Part shown: one piece after another, positions 19,257-28,823 of the stretch
Layout: each line of letters begins with the position of its first letter
Numbering within the stretch: the stretch's first letter is position 1
From: Bacillus subtilis subsp. subtilis str. 168
GTDB taxonomy: Bacteria; Bacillota; Bacilli; Bacillales; Bacillaceae
Assembly: GCF_000009045.1 (NCBI RefSeq)
Contig: NC_000964.3
Location: 2,940,001-2,972,000 of the forward strand
Length of the DNA stretch: 32,000 nucleotides
Reading direction: 5' to 3'
Made by a program: the position numbers and the translations under genes
Notes under the pieces: model-generated
Databases searched by the model: none
Told to the model about the DNA's origin: nothing
What the model saw: the letters and a program-made list of their open reading frames with translations, nothing else

Positions 19257-21188
19257 TTATTTTTTCGCTTCAGCTACTGCCTTTTTCACAAACTCATCAA
19301 GTGAAATGGTTTCAGAGTTCTGTTCTCCGTATTTACGCACGTTTACCGCTCCGTTTTCTGCTTCTTGGTCACCGACCACCAGCATGTACGGGATTTTTTG
19401 CATTTGCGCTTCACGGATTTTGTAGCCGATTTTTTCATCGCGGCTGTCGACTTCAACACGCAGGCCTTCACATTGCAGGCGTTCCTGCACTTTTTTCGCG
19501 TAGTCTAAATGCACAGCCGGAGAAACCGGGATGACTTGGAACTGAACCGGTGCAAGCCATGTCGGCAGCGCGCCTTTGTGTTCTTCGATTAAGAAAGCAA
19601 CAAAGCGTTCCATTGTTGAAACGACACCTCTGTGAATGACAACCGGACGGTGCTGCTTGCCGTCCTCACCGATGTATGTCAGGTCGAAACGTTCCGGCAA
19701 TAAGAAATCAAGCTGAACCGTAGACAGTGTTTCTTCTTTTCCGATCGCAGTTTTCACCTGAACATCAAGTTTAGGTCCGTAGAATGCCGCTTCACCTTCT
19801 GCTTCGTAATAGTCGTGGCCGATTTCATCCATTGCCTCTTTCAGCATGGATTGCGCTTTGTTCCACATTTCATCGTCATCAAAATATTTCTCTGTATCTT
19901 CCGGATCGCGGTAAGACAGACGGAATGTGTAATCACTTAAACCGAAGTCTTCATAAACATCCTGGATTAAACGGACTGTACGGATAAACTCATCCTTAAT
20001 TTGATCCGGGCGCACAAAGATGTGTGCATCATTTAACGTCATTCCGCGTACCCGTTGAAGTCCTGACAGCGCACCTGACATTTCATAGCGGTGCATCGTT
20101 CCAAGCTCTGCAATACGAATCGGAAGCTCGCGGTAACTGTGAATGTCTTGTTTGTAAATCATCATATGGTGCGGACAGTTCATCGGACGCAATACAAGTG
20201 TTTCATTGTCCATTTCCATCGGAGGGAACATGCCTTCCTGATAATGATCCCAGTGTCCTGATGTTTCATACAGCTCTTTGCTGCCTAGCACAGGTGTGTA
20301 TACGTGCTCATAGCCGAGGCTGATTTCTTTATCGACAATGTAGCGCTCGATGACGCGGCGGATTGTTGCGCCTTTTGGCAGCCAAAGCGGCAGGCCTTGT
20401 CCGACTTTTTGAGAGTTCGCGAACAGCTTTAATTCTTTGCCAAGCTTTCTGTGGTCGCGTTCTTTCGCTTCTTCTAGCATACGAAGATGCTCTTCAAGAT
20501 CAGCTTTTTTGAAGAAAGCTGTACCATATACGCGCTGAAGCATTTGGTTTTTGCTGTCACCGCGCCAGTATGCGCCTGCAAGGCTTAACAGCTTAAATTC
20601 TTTGATTTTTCCGGTTGAAGGAACATGGACGCCGCGGCACAGGTCAAAGAATTCGCCTTGCTCATAGATCGAAACGGTTTCTCCTTCAGGAATCGCATCC
20701 AATAGTTCAAGCTTCAGGTCGTCGCCGATTTCCGCAAAACGGGCTTTCGCTTCTTCACGGCTGACTTCTTTTCGAACGATCGGAAGGTTCGCATTAACGA
20801 TTTTTTTCATTTCTTTCTCGATTTTCGGCAGATCCTCCGGTGTAATCGCTTCGTCCATTTCTACATCGTAGTAAAAACCGTTTTCGATAACCGGACCGAC
20901 GCCGAATTTAACATCCTTGTAGATGCGTTTAATCGCTTGAGCCAGCAAGTGAGCCGCACTGTGGCGCATAATTTGAAGACCTTCTTCTGAGCCTTCTGTA
21001 ATGATTTCCACTGTACCGTCTTCATTGATCGGCGTTCTCAAATCGATTTCTTTTCCGTTCAGTTTTCCGGCTAATGACTTTTTCTTTAATCCCGGACTGA
21101 TGGATGCCGCGATATCTTCTGTTGTTGTTCCTTTCGCAAACTCCTTGACTGCTCCATCAGGAAATGTGATTTTTACCATATCTGACAT
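19257..21188 (-). CDS. thrS: Threonyl-tRNA synthetase
   Basis: 643 aa from [12 protein letters not shown]; class II aaRS motifs ([18 protein letters not shown] and HGD-type domains). Confidence 0.98.
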
Positions 21189-21213
21189 CTTTGTCACTCC
21201 TTTTTTTGCATAT

Positions 21214-21492
21214 AAAAACCCCGCCCCCTATGAAAGGGACGAGGTTGAATAAACGGAATCGTGGTTCCACCCTTTTTTCCGCAAAGCCAATACACGGCAC
21301 CTGCGGCTCTAAGCTCTGTAACGGGAGTTCCCGTCAGCCATTACTGTTCCTTTTCAAGAGGTTCACAGCTGAAGTTCAAAGGCGGTAAAGCGAATGGTCC
21401 TTAGCTGGGAAGCTTGCAGCCAGGGCTTCCCTCTCTTTGAGCCGGTATCATTCCTTCGTGTCCTTATCAATACGTGTGTCTTTCTTAATCTC
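21214..21492 (-). promoter_or_regulatory. T-box riboswitch leader of thrS
   Basis: T-box sequence AGGGTGGAACCACG at 21260-21273 (-), followed by terminator AACCTCGTCCCTTTCATAGGGGGCGGGGTTTTT; long leader upstream of an aaRS. Confidence 0.95.
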
Positions 21493-21498
21493 CTATGT

Positions 21499-21527
21499 AT
21501 TATAAATTGTTCAATCCAAAAAATCAA
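21499..21527 (-). promoter_or_regulatory. SigA promoter of thrS
   Basis: Minus strand TTGATT-17 nt-TATAAT. Confidence 0.8.
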
Positions 21528-21585
21528 CACGATCGCGTTTCCTTTTTTTTAAACCGACAGCCTTAAATAGACAGGCTGCCGGCCC

Positions 21586-22431
21586 TCATCCTTCCGAGTG
21601 CTTCACCGGTATTTCTGCATCTGTAAAAGCATGCAGCGGGAGCATTTCCACTCTCTCTTGAAATACGTTTTGAATGGTCCTTGCCATCATGTGCTCGGGC
21701 TGGTCGGTATAAAGCACGACTTCATCAGGCGCAATGGAAATCAGCGGCGCGAGCAAATGAGAATCAATATACATAGGATGATCCCGGACAAATCTTCTGT
21801 CTATGTATTTCATTTTTTCCCGTTCCGGCACATAGCGCAGCTCCCATAATGTAAAGGAACCATCATGGACAATATGCACTTTTTTGATTCGCGGCTGTTT
21901 GGCGTCCACATAGTCTCTGAGTGTTTGAATAAAGTTTTGATATTCCTGTTCCATCTTATATTCATCAATCGCTGCTTCTGTAATATCTCTCAGCTGCTTA
22001 TAGTATGATCCAAGTCGGAAGGTCTGAAAGGAGCGAATGTAAAATACTCCTTCCTCTAAACAGATCGTTTGGAGTTCATCCAAAATTGATTGTTTCCGTG
22101 AAAGCTTCAGCGGCTCAAACGGAAGATCGTCTGCTTCACCTTCAATAATACTGTGTGCGAGCTGAAGGATTTGCTGCTGTTCATCCTGGTCCGTGAAACA
22201 ATACGTTTCCTCAATCAATGACAGCATATGCTCGTCTTCTTTGCATTCCAAAAAAAATTTGACCAGAATCGGCTCCATAAAACGCTGAATAGGAAAAGCC
22301 GGATTCGCTTTTTCAATCCCGATTTTTCGTATGCCTTCACGGACAATGATATTGTTCCGATCGTCCGAATGCTGAATGAGATGTAAAAAAGCGGCTGCAT
22401 CATGGTCATCTTCAAAGATTATTTCAAGCAT
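21586..22431 (-). CDS. ytxC: YtxC, sporulation-associated protein of unknown function
   Basis: 281 aa, MLEIIFEDDHDAAAFLHLI; family and position. Confidence 0.85.
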   Translation of the reverse strand: MLEIIFEDDHDAAAFLHLIQHSDDRNNIIVREGIRKIGIEKANPAFPIQRFMEPILVKFFLECKEDEHMLSLIEETYCFTDQDEQQQILQLAHSIIEGEADDLPFEPLKLSRKQSILDELQTICLEEGVFYIRSFQTFRLGSYYKQLRDITEAAIDEYKMEQEYQNFIQTLRDYVDAKQPRIKKVHIVHDGSFTLWELRYVPEREKMKYIDRRFVRDHPMYIDSHLLAPLISIAPDEVVLYTDQPEHMMARTIQNVFQERVEMLPLHAFTDAEIPVKHSEG

Positions 22432-22509
22432 GTTTGTCCCCCCTTACGGCATCTGTTACAAGTATATGGGGGATGTTTTTAAAATAGACGTAAAGGTCAT
22501 TGGCAAATC

Positions 22510-23151
22510 TTAATTTGATTCTTGGAACAAGTTTTGCATTTTCTTTCTGAAGATGAACGGCAATGAGATAAACACGATATACAAAGCGAGCACCATAAAG
22601 AAAGCGGGCAGATTGCCAGCCAAAAAGCTCGCACCCAGCACATTAAGCGCAATCGTCCCAGGGATGATTCCCACAGCCGTTGCGGCAAAATACGGCAGCG
22701 CTTTGACATTGGAAAGGCCTGCCGCATAGCTGACGAAATCAAAATTGATCGGCAGGATTCTCAAAAGAAAGATATAGAAAAATCCGTTATCCTCCATTTG
22801 CTTCTGTATGGCTTCAAGCCTTTCGTAATGCCCGTTCTTTTTCGCCGAAAACAAACCAGCCGCAAAAAACGAAACAGCTGAAGCGCACATCGAACCGAAT
22901 AACGTATAAAGCGTGCCGAGAAGCGGGCCAAACGCAAGTCCGCCAGCTATTGAAATAACAGACACCGGAAATAAAACAAGTGGCCTGACGATGGATATCC
23001 CGATAAACATCAGAGGTGCAAAGACTCCGAACGACAATACCCATACCCTGATTTCTTTCGGCGATACATTCAAATACGTTTTATTTCCCCAATAGAGTAA
23101 ACCAGCACCTGCAAGCACTGCCAGCCATTTGACAGCCGTTTTTCGTTTCAT
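22510..23151 (-). CDS. ytxB: TVP38/TMEM64 (DedA-like) membrane protein, start at MKRKTAVK
   Basis: SVISIAGGLAFGPLLGTLYTLFGSMCASAVSFFAAGLF motif; 213 aa. Confidence 0.87.
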   Translation of the reverse strand: MKRKTAVKWLAVLAGAGLLYWGNKTYLNVSPKEIRVWVLSFGVFAPLMFIGISIVRPLVLFPVSVISIAGGLAFGPLLGTLYTLFGSMCASAVSFFAAGLFSAKKNGHYERLEAIQKQMEDNGFFYIFLLRILPINFDFVSYAAGLSNVKALPYFAATAVGIIPGTIALNVLGASFLAGNLPAFFMVLALYIVFISLPFIFRKKMQNLFQESN

Positions 23152-23184
23152 ACCCTCAGTTCCTTCCCCTTTGAACCACAGCAA

Positions 23185-24120
23185 TTATGGATGTCGGCGG
23201 TTTTCTCCGTCAAGGCGGATCGGAGCAGCCAAATATAATATCCGCTCCATTAATCTTGCAGCTTTTACTTCTTCTTTTTCTCCCCTCTGCGAATACGTAA
23301 AATGATGCTTCAGCTCGTCAGGTGAGAAATTAGAAGAAAAGAACGTTGGCAGCTGCTGGGACATTCTGTGCTGAAGCACCGTTCCGATGACCTCATCCCT
23401 TACCCAGCTTGTCATTGATTCTGCTCCGATGTCATCAAGCATTAATACGGGTGTGGTCTTTACCATATTGAGCTTCTCTTCCAATGTCTGGTCTTGCAGC
23501 GAATTCTTAAGCTCTCTCACAAATTCAGGCACATAAACAATCATGGAGGAATACTCTTTTTCCGCCAGCTCATTGGCAATTGCAGCGAGCATAAACGTTT
23601 TTCCTACCCCAAATTTCCCGTATAAATATAATCCTTTCCCTTTTCCCGTCTCATTATAGCTTTTCAGGAAGTCTGTAACATGCTGAAACATCGCGAGTCT
23701 GCTTGGGTCACTGATATCAACTTGCTGGAACGTCGCTCCAAGAAGATCCTGCTGGATATACATGCTTTTCATAAGAGACTGTTGTTTCTTCTGCTGGTCG
23801 AGCTTCCGTTTGACTGGACATTCGTAATACTCGATATCAATAGACCTCCCATTGACAACAAGCTTCGGATGGTAGCCCTCCAACAAATTGTTGCAGTTTT
23901 CATCTTCCGAACAATAGGAGCAATTCTTGCTTTGTTCGATATATTCATAAAGCTTATTTAAGCTCTTTTCGATCATTTTTTGGTCAATCACTTCTTCGTT
24001 TTCCTTCAAAAATGCTTGAACATCTTGATCTTTCATGACTTTTTCCTTCATTTGTTCAAGACGTTTTTGGAAATCCGGCCTGCCGGTTACGCCCTGCAGG
24101 GAACGGCCGATTGGTTCCAT
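23185..24120 (-). CDS. dnaI: Primosomal helicase loader DnaI
   Basis: 311 aa; Walker A GKFGVGKTFM preceded by LYLYG; zinc-binding N-terminal CxxC region. Confidence 0.97.
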   Translation of the reverse strand: MEPIGRSLQGVTGRPDFQKRLEQMKEKVMKDQDVQAFLKENEEVIDQKMIEKSLNKLYEYIEQSKNCSYCSEDENCNNLLEGYHPKLVVNGRSIDIEYYECPVKRKLDQQKKQQSLMKSMYIQQDLLGATFQQVDISDPSRLAMFQHVTDFLKSYNETGKGKGLYLYGKFGVGKTFMLAAIANELAEKEYSSMIVYVPEFVRELKNSLQDQTLEEKLNMVKTTPVLMLDDIGAESMTSWVRDEVIGTVLQHRMSQQLPTFFSSNFSPDELKHHFTYSQRGEKEEVKAARLMERILYLAAPIRLDGENRRHP

Positions 24121-24147
24121 CTATTCCTTCACCCCGCATCTCTGTCT

Positions 24148-25566
24148 TTAATAGGCAGAGTATTTTTTCAGTTTTTGCATTTCTTCCATCATCTTTTTCT
24201 TCTGTTCTTCCAAATCCTGCGGATGCAGCTTCTGCTGTCCGGATTCTGAATCGGACGCTGTTTCCTTTTCTGTCATCCAATCAGGAAGCTTTTCTTCACG
24301 AATCACTTTTTGGTTTCGTTTCGAAGACTTTGTTTTTCCCTCAGCCCATTCAAGATACTGGCGGTTTTCTTCTATTGCGAGCTTCATCGCTTCCCTGACC
24401 GTTTTCACCTTTTTGCGTGCCCAATGCGAAGCGATTTTTTGGATATAGTTTTTCGACAGCTTCATGTCGGTTTTCAGCATGACATAATAAATTAACACAT
24501 TTGTGACGCCTGGCTCGAGCTTCTGTTCGAACATAATTTCTTCTATGATCTTCAGATCAGCTTTTGACGGCTCTGTTCCGTCAGCAATGTCCTGCAGAAG
24601 CTTCTTCGGGGAAATCGCCTCCAGCAATGCAATCAGCTTCCCATCCAGAGAATCCTCTTCTGCCGGTTGTTCGCCTTCACGCAGATGCACCGGCTGTGTT
24701 TTTTCCACCAAATCGGGCAGCTGTCCGTTTCTTTCAATTTGATACCAGTCGCTCGCCGCTTTTCTTAATGCCTCCGTCGTAATGACGTCACGCTCATCAA
24801 TTGCGCTCATCACAACATTTTGCATTTGCAAAGGGTCAATTCCGTACAGATAAGAAAGCTTTTTGATTGTGTCCCGCACCTGCTGGGTCATCGCTTTTCT
24901 CGGTATCATCGTCTCAGAAAGTCCCGCTAAAAACAAATCAAAATCAAACACATCCTCCGTTATGGTGTAGGACGGAGACTGTCCGACAGAAGTATACTCG
25001 GACCCCTCGGCAAGCCTTACCGTTTCCTCCATATCGGATGTGAGCTTCCATTCACTCGGCTGCAGCGATTCAAACGCATGATTAAACGGACGCGTAATGT
25101 CCTTCGCATCTTCTGAAATGGCCGGGTGCGTAAAAAATTGTTTTAATTGCTGATATTTCGTTTTTCCGACCCTATTATACAGAAAAACATTCAGCATTCC
25201 GTCTTCAAAAAATTCATTTGGTCTGAGCGGCGGAAGGAGTTCATATATAAAGAGGCGCTCCTGCCGCTCGGATTCTTTCATATATACTTTCAGCAATCCG
25301 ATGCCCTCGAGCTTCCCCTGTTCCTGATGGATCGTTTTTAAGTTGGACTGTGTCATCCCCATCAGCTGTCTATGTGTGGACTCTCCGCCCCACAGACGGT
25401 TTTGTTCAAGCTCTCCCCACAATGTCATATAAAGAGAGAATGCAACAGGGCCGATTAAGGGCTGGTACAGTTGTGTAATAATTTGTCTGTCAATATCCTG
25501 CAGCATCGATCTGCTTTTAACCACATACGGGTCTACAGGCAGTACATCTTTCCAATAGTCAGCCAT
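24148..25566 (-). CDS. dnaB: Replication initiation/membrane attachment protein DnaB
   Basis: 472 aa, MADYWKDVLPVDPYVVKSRSML, DnaB/DnaD-type C-terminus (YWRRW-like sequence LPDWMTE region). Confidence 0.95.
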   Translation of the reverse strand: MADYWKDVLPVDPYVVKSRSMLQDIDRQIITQLYQPLIGPVAFSLYMTLWGELEQNRLWGGESTHRQLMGMTQSNLKTIHQEQGKLEGIGLLKVYMKESERQERLFIYELLPPLRPNEFFEDGMLNVFLYNRVGKTKYQQLKQFFTHPAISEDAKDITRPFNHAFESLQPSEWKLTSDMEETVRLAEGSEYTSVGQSPSYTITEDVFDFDLFLAGLSETMIPRKAMTQQVRDTIKKLSYLYGIDPLQMQNVVMSAIDERDVITTEALRKAASDWYQIERNGQLPDLVEKTQPVHLREGEQPAEEDSLDGKLIALLEAISPKKLLQDIADGTEPSKADLKIIEEIMFEQKLEPGVTNVLIYYVMLKTDMKLSKNYIQKIASHWARKKVKTVREAMKLAIEENRQYLEWAEGKTKSSKRNQKVIREEKLPDWMTEKETASDSESGQQKLHPQDLEEQKKKMMEEMQKLKKYSAY

Positions 25567-25680
25567 ACATTCTCAAACCTTCCGAATTTGTTTCTACCTT
25601 TCATTTTACACCGTTTCTTATATCTATCAAATGCCAATTTTGCACATGAGAAAAGAGCTAGAAGAATCCTCTTAGCTCTT

Positions 25681-26139
25681 TTAACGCTCTTTCTTTATTA
25701 AGTCTTTTAATTCATCGATAAAGACGTTTATATCTTTAAACTGCCGATAGACGGACGCGAACCGCACATATGCGACTTCGTCAATCTTAGCCAGCCGGTC
25801 CATGACCATTTCTCCGACGAGCTCACTCTTCACCTCGGAGCAGCCTTGATTGCGAAGTTCTTTTTCAATATCAAAGCACATGTCTTCAAGCGTTTTGAGT
25901 GAAACAGGCCTTTTTTCACATGCTTTTATGAGGCCGCGCAGCATTTTTTCTCTGCTGAATTCCTCACGCACACCTTCTTTTTTCACAACGATGAGCGGGG
26001 TTTCCTCCACTTTCTCAAAGGTCGTAAACCGGTAGTGGCAGGATTCGCACTCGCGTCTTCGGCGAATCGACTTTCCGTCATCCACAGGCCGTGAATCAAG
26101 GACTCGTGTTCCGTTATGCTGGCATGAAGGACATTTCAA
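25681..26139 (-). CDS. nrdR: Transcriptional repressor NrdR
   Basis: 152 aa; [45 protein letters not shown] zinc ribbon plus ATP-cone. Confidence 0.98.
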
Positions 26140-26345
26140 TAAAATCAGCTCCCAACTATATCGTTCCCTGCAATGTATTTTCGGCAGCCTCCGCCTTTTA
26201 AAAATAGATGTGACAGCATCTGTCGGGAGAGCCGTTGTTAAATTTGTTTCTATAGCATTAGGTGGTTTGTGAAAATCTCCTTCTTATTTTACAAAAAAAA
26301 TGAAAAAAGAAAAAGCTGACACTCTCGTTTCTTTATAAAAATAAA

Positions 26346-26393
26346 AGGAGCATAAGCTAAAAAGCGCATAATGGCTTTCTAGCTTCAGCTCCC
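26346..26393 (-). terminator. Terminator of speD
   Basis: Minus strand GGAGCTGAAGCTAGAAAG...CTTTTTAGCTTATGCTCC followed by TTTTATTTTT. Confidence 0.75.
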
Positions 26394-26412
26394 TTTGTGT
26401 TCGCAATTTACT

Positions 26413-26793
26413 TTATAGTACTTTCGCTTGCGCCTGTTTAATTTGCACAGGCCCCATTCCTCTTGGTATTTCAATGTTTTCTCTTGTATCAGCATGTAAT
26501 GCCTCTGCAATGTAATCAGCAGCGACATTAGGATCTAAGTCTCCACAAGTATAAACATCAATGCTCGCATATCCGTGCTCAGGAAAACTGTGAATCGTTA
26601 AGTGTGATTCAGAAATAATCACAACTCCGCTTACGCCTTGCGGTGCAAATTTGTGAAATGCAACCTCGCGCACCTCAGCACCTGATTTTAGAGCAGCATT
26701 TACAAACGTTTTTTCAATAAAATCCATGTCATTCAGCTTATCAAAATCGCATCCCCATAGCTCGGAGATAACGTGACGCCCCATTGTTTCCAT
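26413..26793 (-). CDS. speD: S-adenosylmethionine decarboxylase proenzyme
   Basis: 126 aa from METMGRHVI; [23 protein letters not shown] contains the ESHLT cleavage motif. Spacing from GGGGGG SD favours the ATG at 26793 (9 nt) over that at 26799 (3 nt). Confidence 0.96.
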
Positions 26794-26932
26794 AGTCATG
26801 GACCCCCCTTAACAAGAATTAAAAAGTGAAATTCCAACAACTGGGTCGGCCATTTACCACGGGGGAAAGTTAGTCCGGAGAGGTCCTAACCCTTTAAGTA
26901 ATTCCGAAACAGTCTCAAGCAAGAAGTTCACG
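26794..26932 (-). promoter_or_regulatory. Long structured 5' leader of speD
   Basis: ~135 nt between predicted start site and ATG; contains hairpin GTTAGGACCTCTCCGGACTAAC and anti-SD complementarity. Confidence 0.55.
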
Positions 26933-26938
26933 AAAAAT

Positions 26939-26967
26939 AGTATACTGTGTTTAAGTCTAATTTGCAA
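26939..26967 (-). promoter_or_regulatory. SigA-type promoter upstream of speD
   Basis: Minus strand TTGCAA-17 nt-TATACT. Confidence 0.7.
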
Positions 26968-27031
26968 GGTGCGTTTTTTCAGAAATATGCTGTTAAGGGT
27001 TTTTTCTTTAAAATGTGTCCATGACCTTATT

Positions 27032-28054
27032 TTATACAGCAGACGGATGTTTCATTCGTGCCGCTACATGGCGGATTAGATCAACAACTCTGCAGGAGTA
27101 GCCCCATTCGTTGTCATACCACGCCAGCACCTTTACTTTCCTGTCTTCCATTACCATTGTTGTAAGCCCGTCAATGACCGCTGAATGCGGATTCGTATTA
27201 TAATCAGTCGAAACGAGCGGTTCATCTGAGTAATCAAGTACACCGTACATCGACGTTTTGGCAGCGCGTTTAAATGCCTCGTTTACTTCTTCAGCCGTAA
27301 CATCCGTTTTCAGATCAACAACGAGATCAACCAATGAGACGTTCGGAACAGGGACACGCAAGGCGAGGCCGTGAAGTTTTCCTTTCAGATGCGGCAGCAC
27401 AAGCGAAAGCGCCTTTGCCGCTCCTGTTGTTGTTGGAATGATGGATTCACCGCAAGCCCGCGCCCGGCGCAAATCTTTGTGCGGGTTATCAATATTTTTT
27501 TGGTCATTCGTATACGCATGAACTGTAGTCATCAGACCGCTCTCAATGCCAAACTCTTCATCCAGCACTTTTACAACAGGCGCAAGGCAATTTGTCGTGC
27601 ATGACGCATTTGAAATAATGACATGGCGCTCAGCGTCGAATTGGTCCTCATTTACGCCCATCACAATGGTAACGTCTTCATTTTTTCCCGGAGCGGTCAA
27701 AATCACTTTTTTTGCACCTGCTTCTATATGGCCCATCGCTTTATCTTTAGCATTAAACTTCCCTGTTGCTTCGACGACTATGTCAATATCATATTCCCGC
27801 CAAGGCAGCTGTTTTGGATCACGGCTGTTTAACAAAAGCACTTTCTTTCCATTTACGATCAGGCTATCTTCACCAGCCACAACCTCTTTGTCGTATCTGC
27901 CGTGAATTGTGTCATACTTTATTAAATGAGCCAGCGTTTCTGCGGAATAGCTGGCGTTAATGGCCACTACTTGAATTTGATCGTCTAACATCGCTTTTCT
28001 AAAAACCATTCTTCCGATTCTTCCAAACCCGTTGATCGCTACTTTTACCTTCAT
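27032..28054 (-). CDS. gapB: Gluconeogenic glyceraldehyde-3-phosphate dehydrogenase GapB
   Basis: 340 aa from MKVKVAINGFGRIGRMVFR; active site SNASCTTNCLAP. Confidence 0.97.
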   Translation of the reverse strand: MKVKVAINGFGRIGRMVFRKAMLDDQIQVVAINASYSAETLAHLIKYDTIHGRYDKEVVAGEDSLIVNGKKVLLLNSRDPKQLPWREYDIDIVVEATGKFNAKDKAMGHIEAGAKKVILTAPGKNEDVTIVMGVNEDQFDAERHVIISNASCTTNCLAPVVKVLDEEFGIESGLMTTVHAYTNDQKNIDNPHKDLRRARACGESIIPTTTGAAKALSLVLPHLKGKLHGLALRVPVPNVSLVDLVVDLKTDVTAEEVNEAFKRAAKTSMYGVLDYSDEPLVSTDYNTNPHSAVIDGLTTMVMEDRKVKVLAWYDNEWGYSCRVVDLIRHVAARMKHPSAV

Positions 28055-28106
28055 GTTGGACACCCCTTATCAATTATGCCATCCTAATTTGTTACTATCT
28101 AAAATT

Positions 28107-28135
28107 AGTATAACACATTAAAACAAATTCGCCAG
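28107..28135 (-). promoter_or_regulatory. Putative gapB promoter
   Basis: Minus strand TATACT -10 with weak -35 TGGCGA at 17 bp; a weak promoter fits CcpN-controlled gapB. Confidence 0.5.
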
Positions 28136-28259
28136 TACATATTGATAAAAATCAACGATTATAACGCTAATTTATGATGCATCTTATGTTTTCTTGCACA
28201 GAATATCAGGCGTAAGAACCAAAAAGCAGCCAGCGCTCCGCACTGACTGCCCTCATGCT

Positions 28260-28640
28260 TTATGATTCCTGTTTTAACTTATCATTGAGCACACTTTCTT
28301 CTAGCACAGAAAATGTATCCCCGTACACTCTGTTAATATGATTCGCTCCCCAAGCACACAGCATATCTAAAATCCCTTCTAAGCTGCGGCCGTATTCGCT
28401 GAGCTCGTATTCCACTTTGGGAGGAACTTGATTATATACGATTCGGTTAATGACACCGTCCGCTTCCAGCTCGCGCAGCTGCTGAGTCAGCATTTTTTGC
28501 GTGATATTGGGCATTAGGCGTTTTAATTCACTTGTGCGTTTTTTTCCGTGCGTCAGATGGCATAAAATGACGCATTTCCATTTCCCACCGATCACTTCAA
28601 GAGTCGCTTCAACAGAAATGTTATATTTTTTCTTCTCCAT
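28260..28640 (-). CDS. ytcD: HxlR/MarR-like winged-helix transcriptional regulator YtcD
   Basis: 126 aa from MEKKKYNISVEATLEVIGGKWK; HxlR signature GGKWKCVILCHL...RTSELKRLMPNITQKMLTQQLREL. Confidence 0.9.
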   Translation of the reverse strand: MEKKKYNISVEATLEVIGGKWKCVILCHLTHGKKRTSELKRLMPNITQKMLTQQLRELEADGVINRIVYNQVPPKVEYELSEYGRSLEGILDMLCAWGANHINRVYGDTFSVLEESVLNDKLKQES

Positions 28641-28686
28641 ACAATCCATTCTCCTCACAGGCACCAAAAAGTGACTATAGCACTTC

Positions 28687-28700
28687 AAAGTACGTACTTT
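28687..28700. promoter_or_regulatory. Perfect palindrome AAAGTACGTACTTT, candidate YtcD operator
   Basis: 14 bp perfect dyad in the divergent ytcD/ytbD intergenic region. Confidence 0.6.
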
Positions 28701-28823
28701 TATTTCTTAACGATATGTTTCATAATCACATTTGCCGGCTGATTTGAATCTGCTCTTTTTTATTTATATAGCTTACTCGGCAGAATTTCAATCATACAAC
28801 ACATCTTACAAAGGAGGAACATC

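Noticed and set aside
26140-26345. Region downstream of speD and upstream of nrdR checked for a small RNA
   Set aside because: Only AT-rich spacer plus the speD terminator; no second promoter-terminator pair convincing enough.
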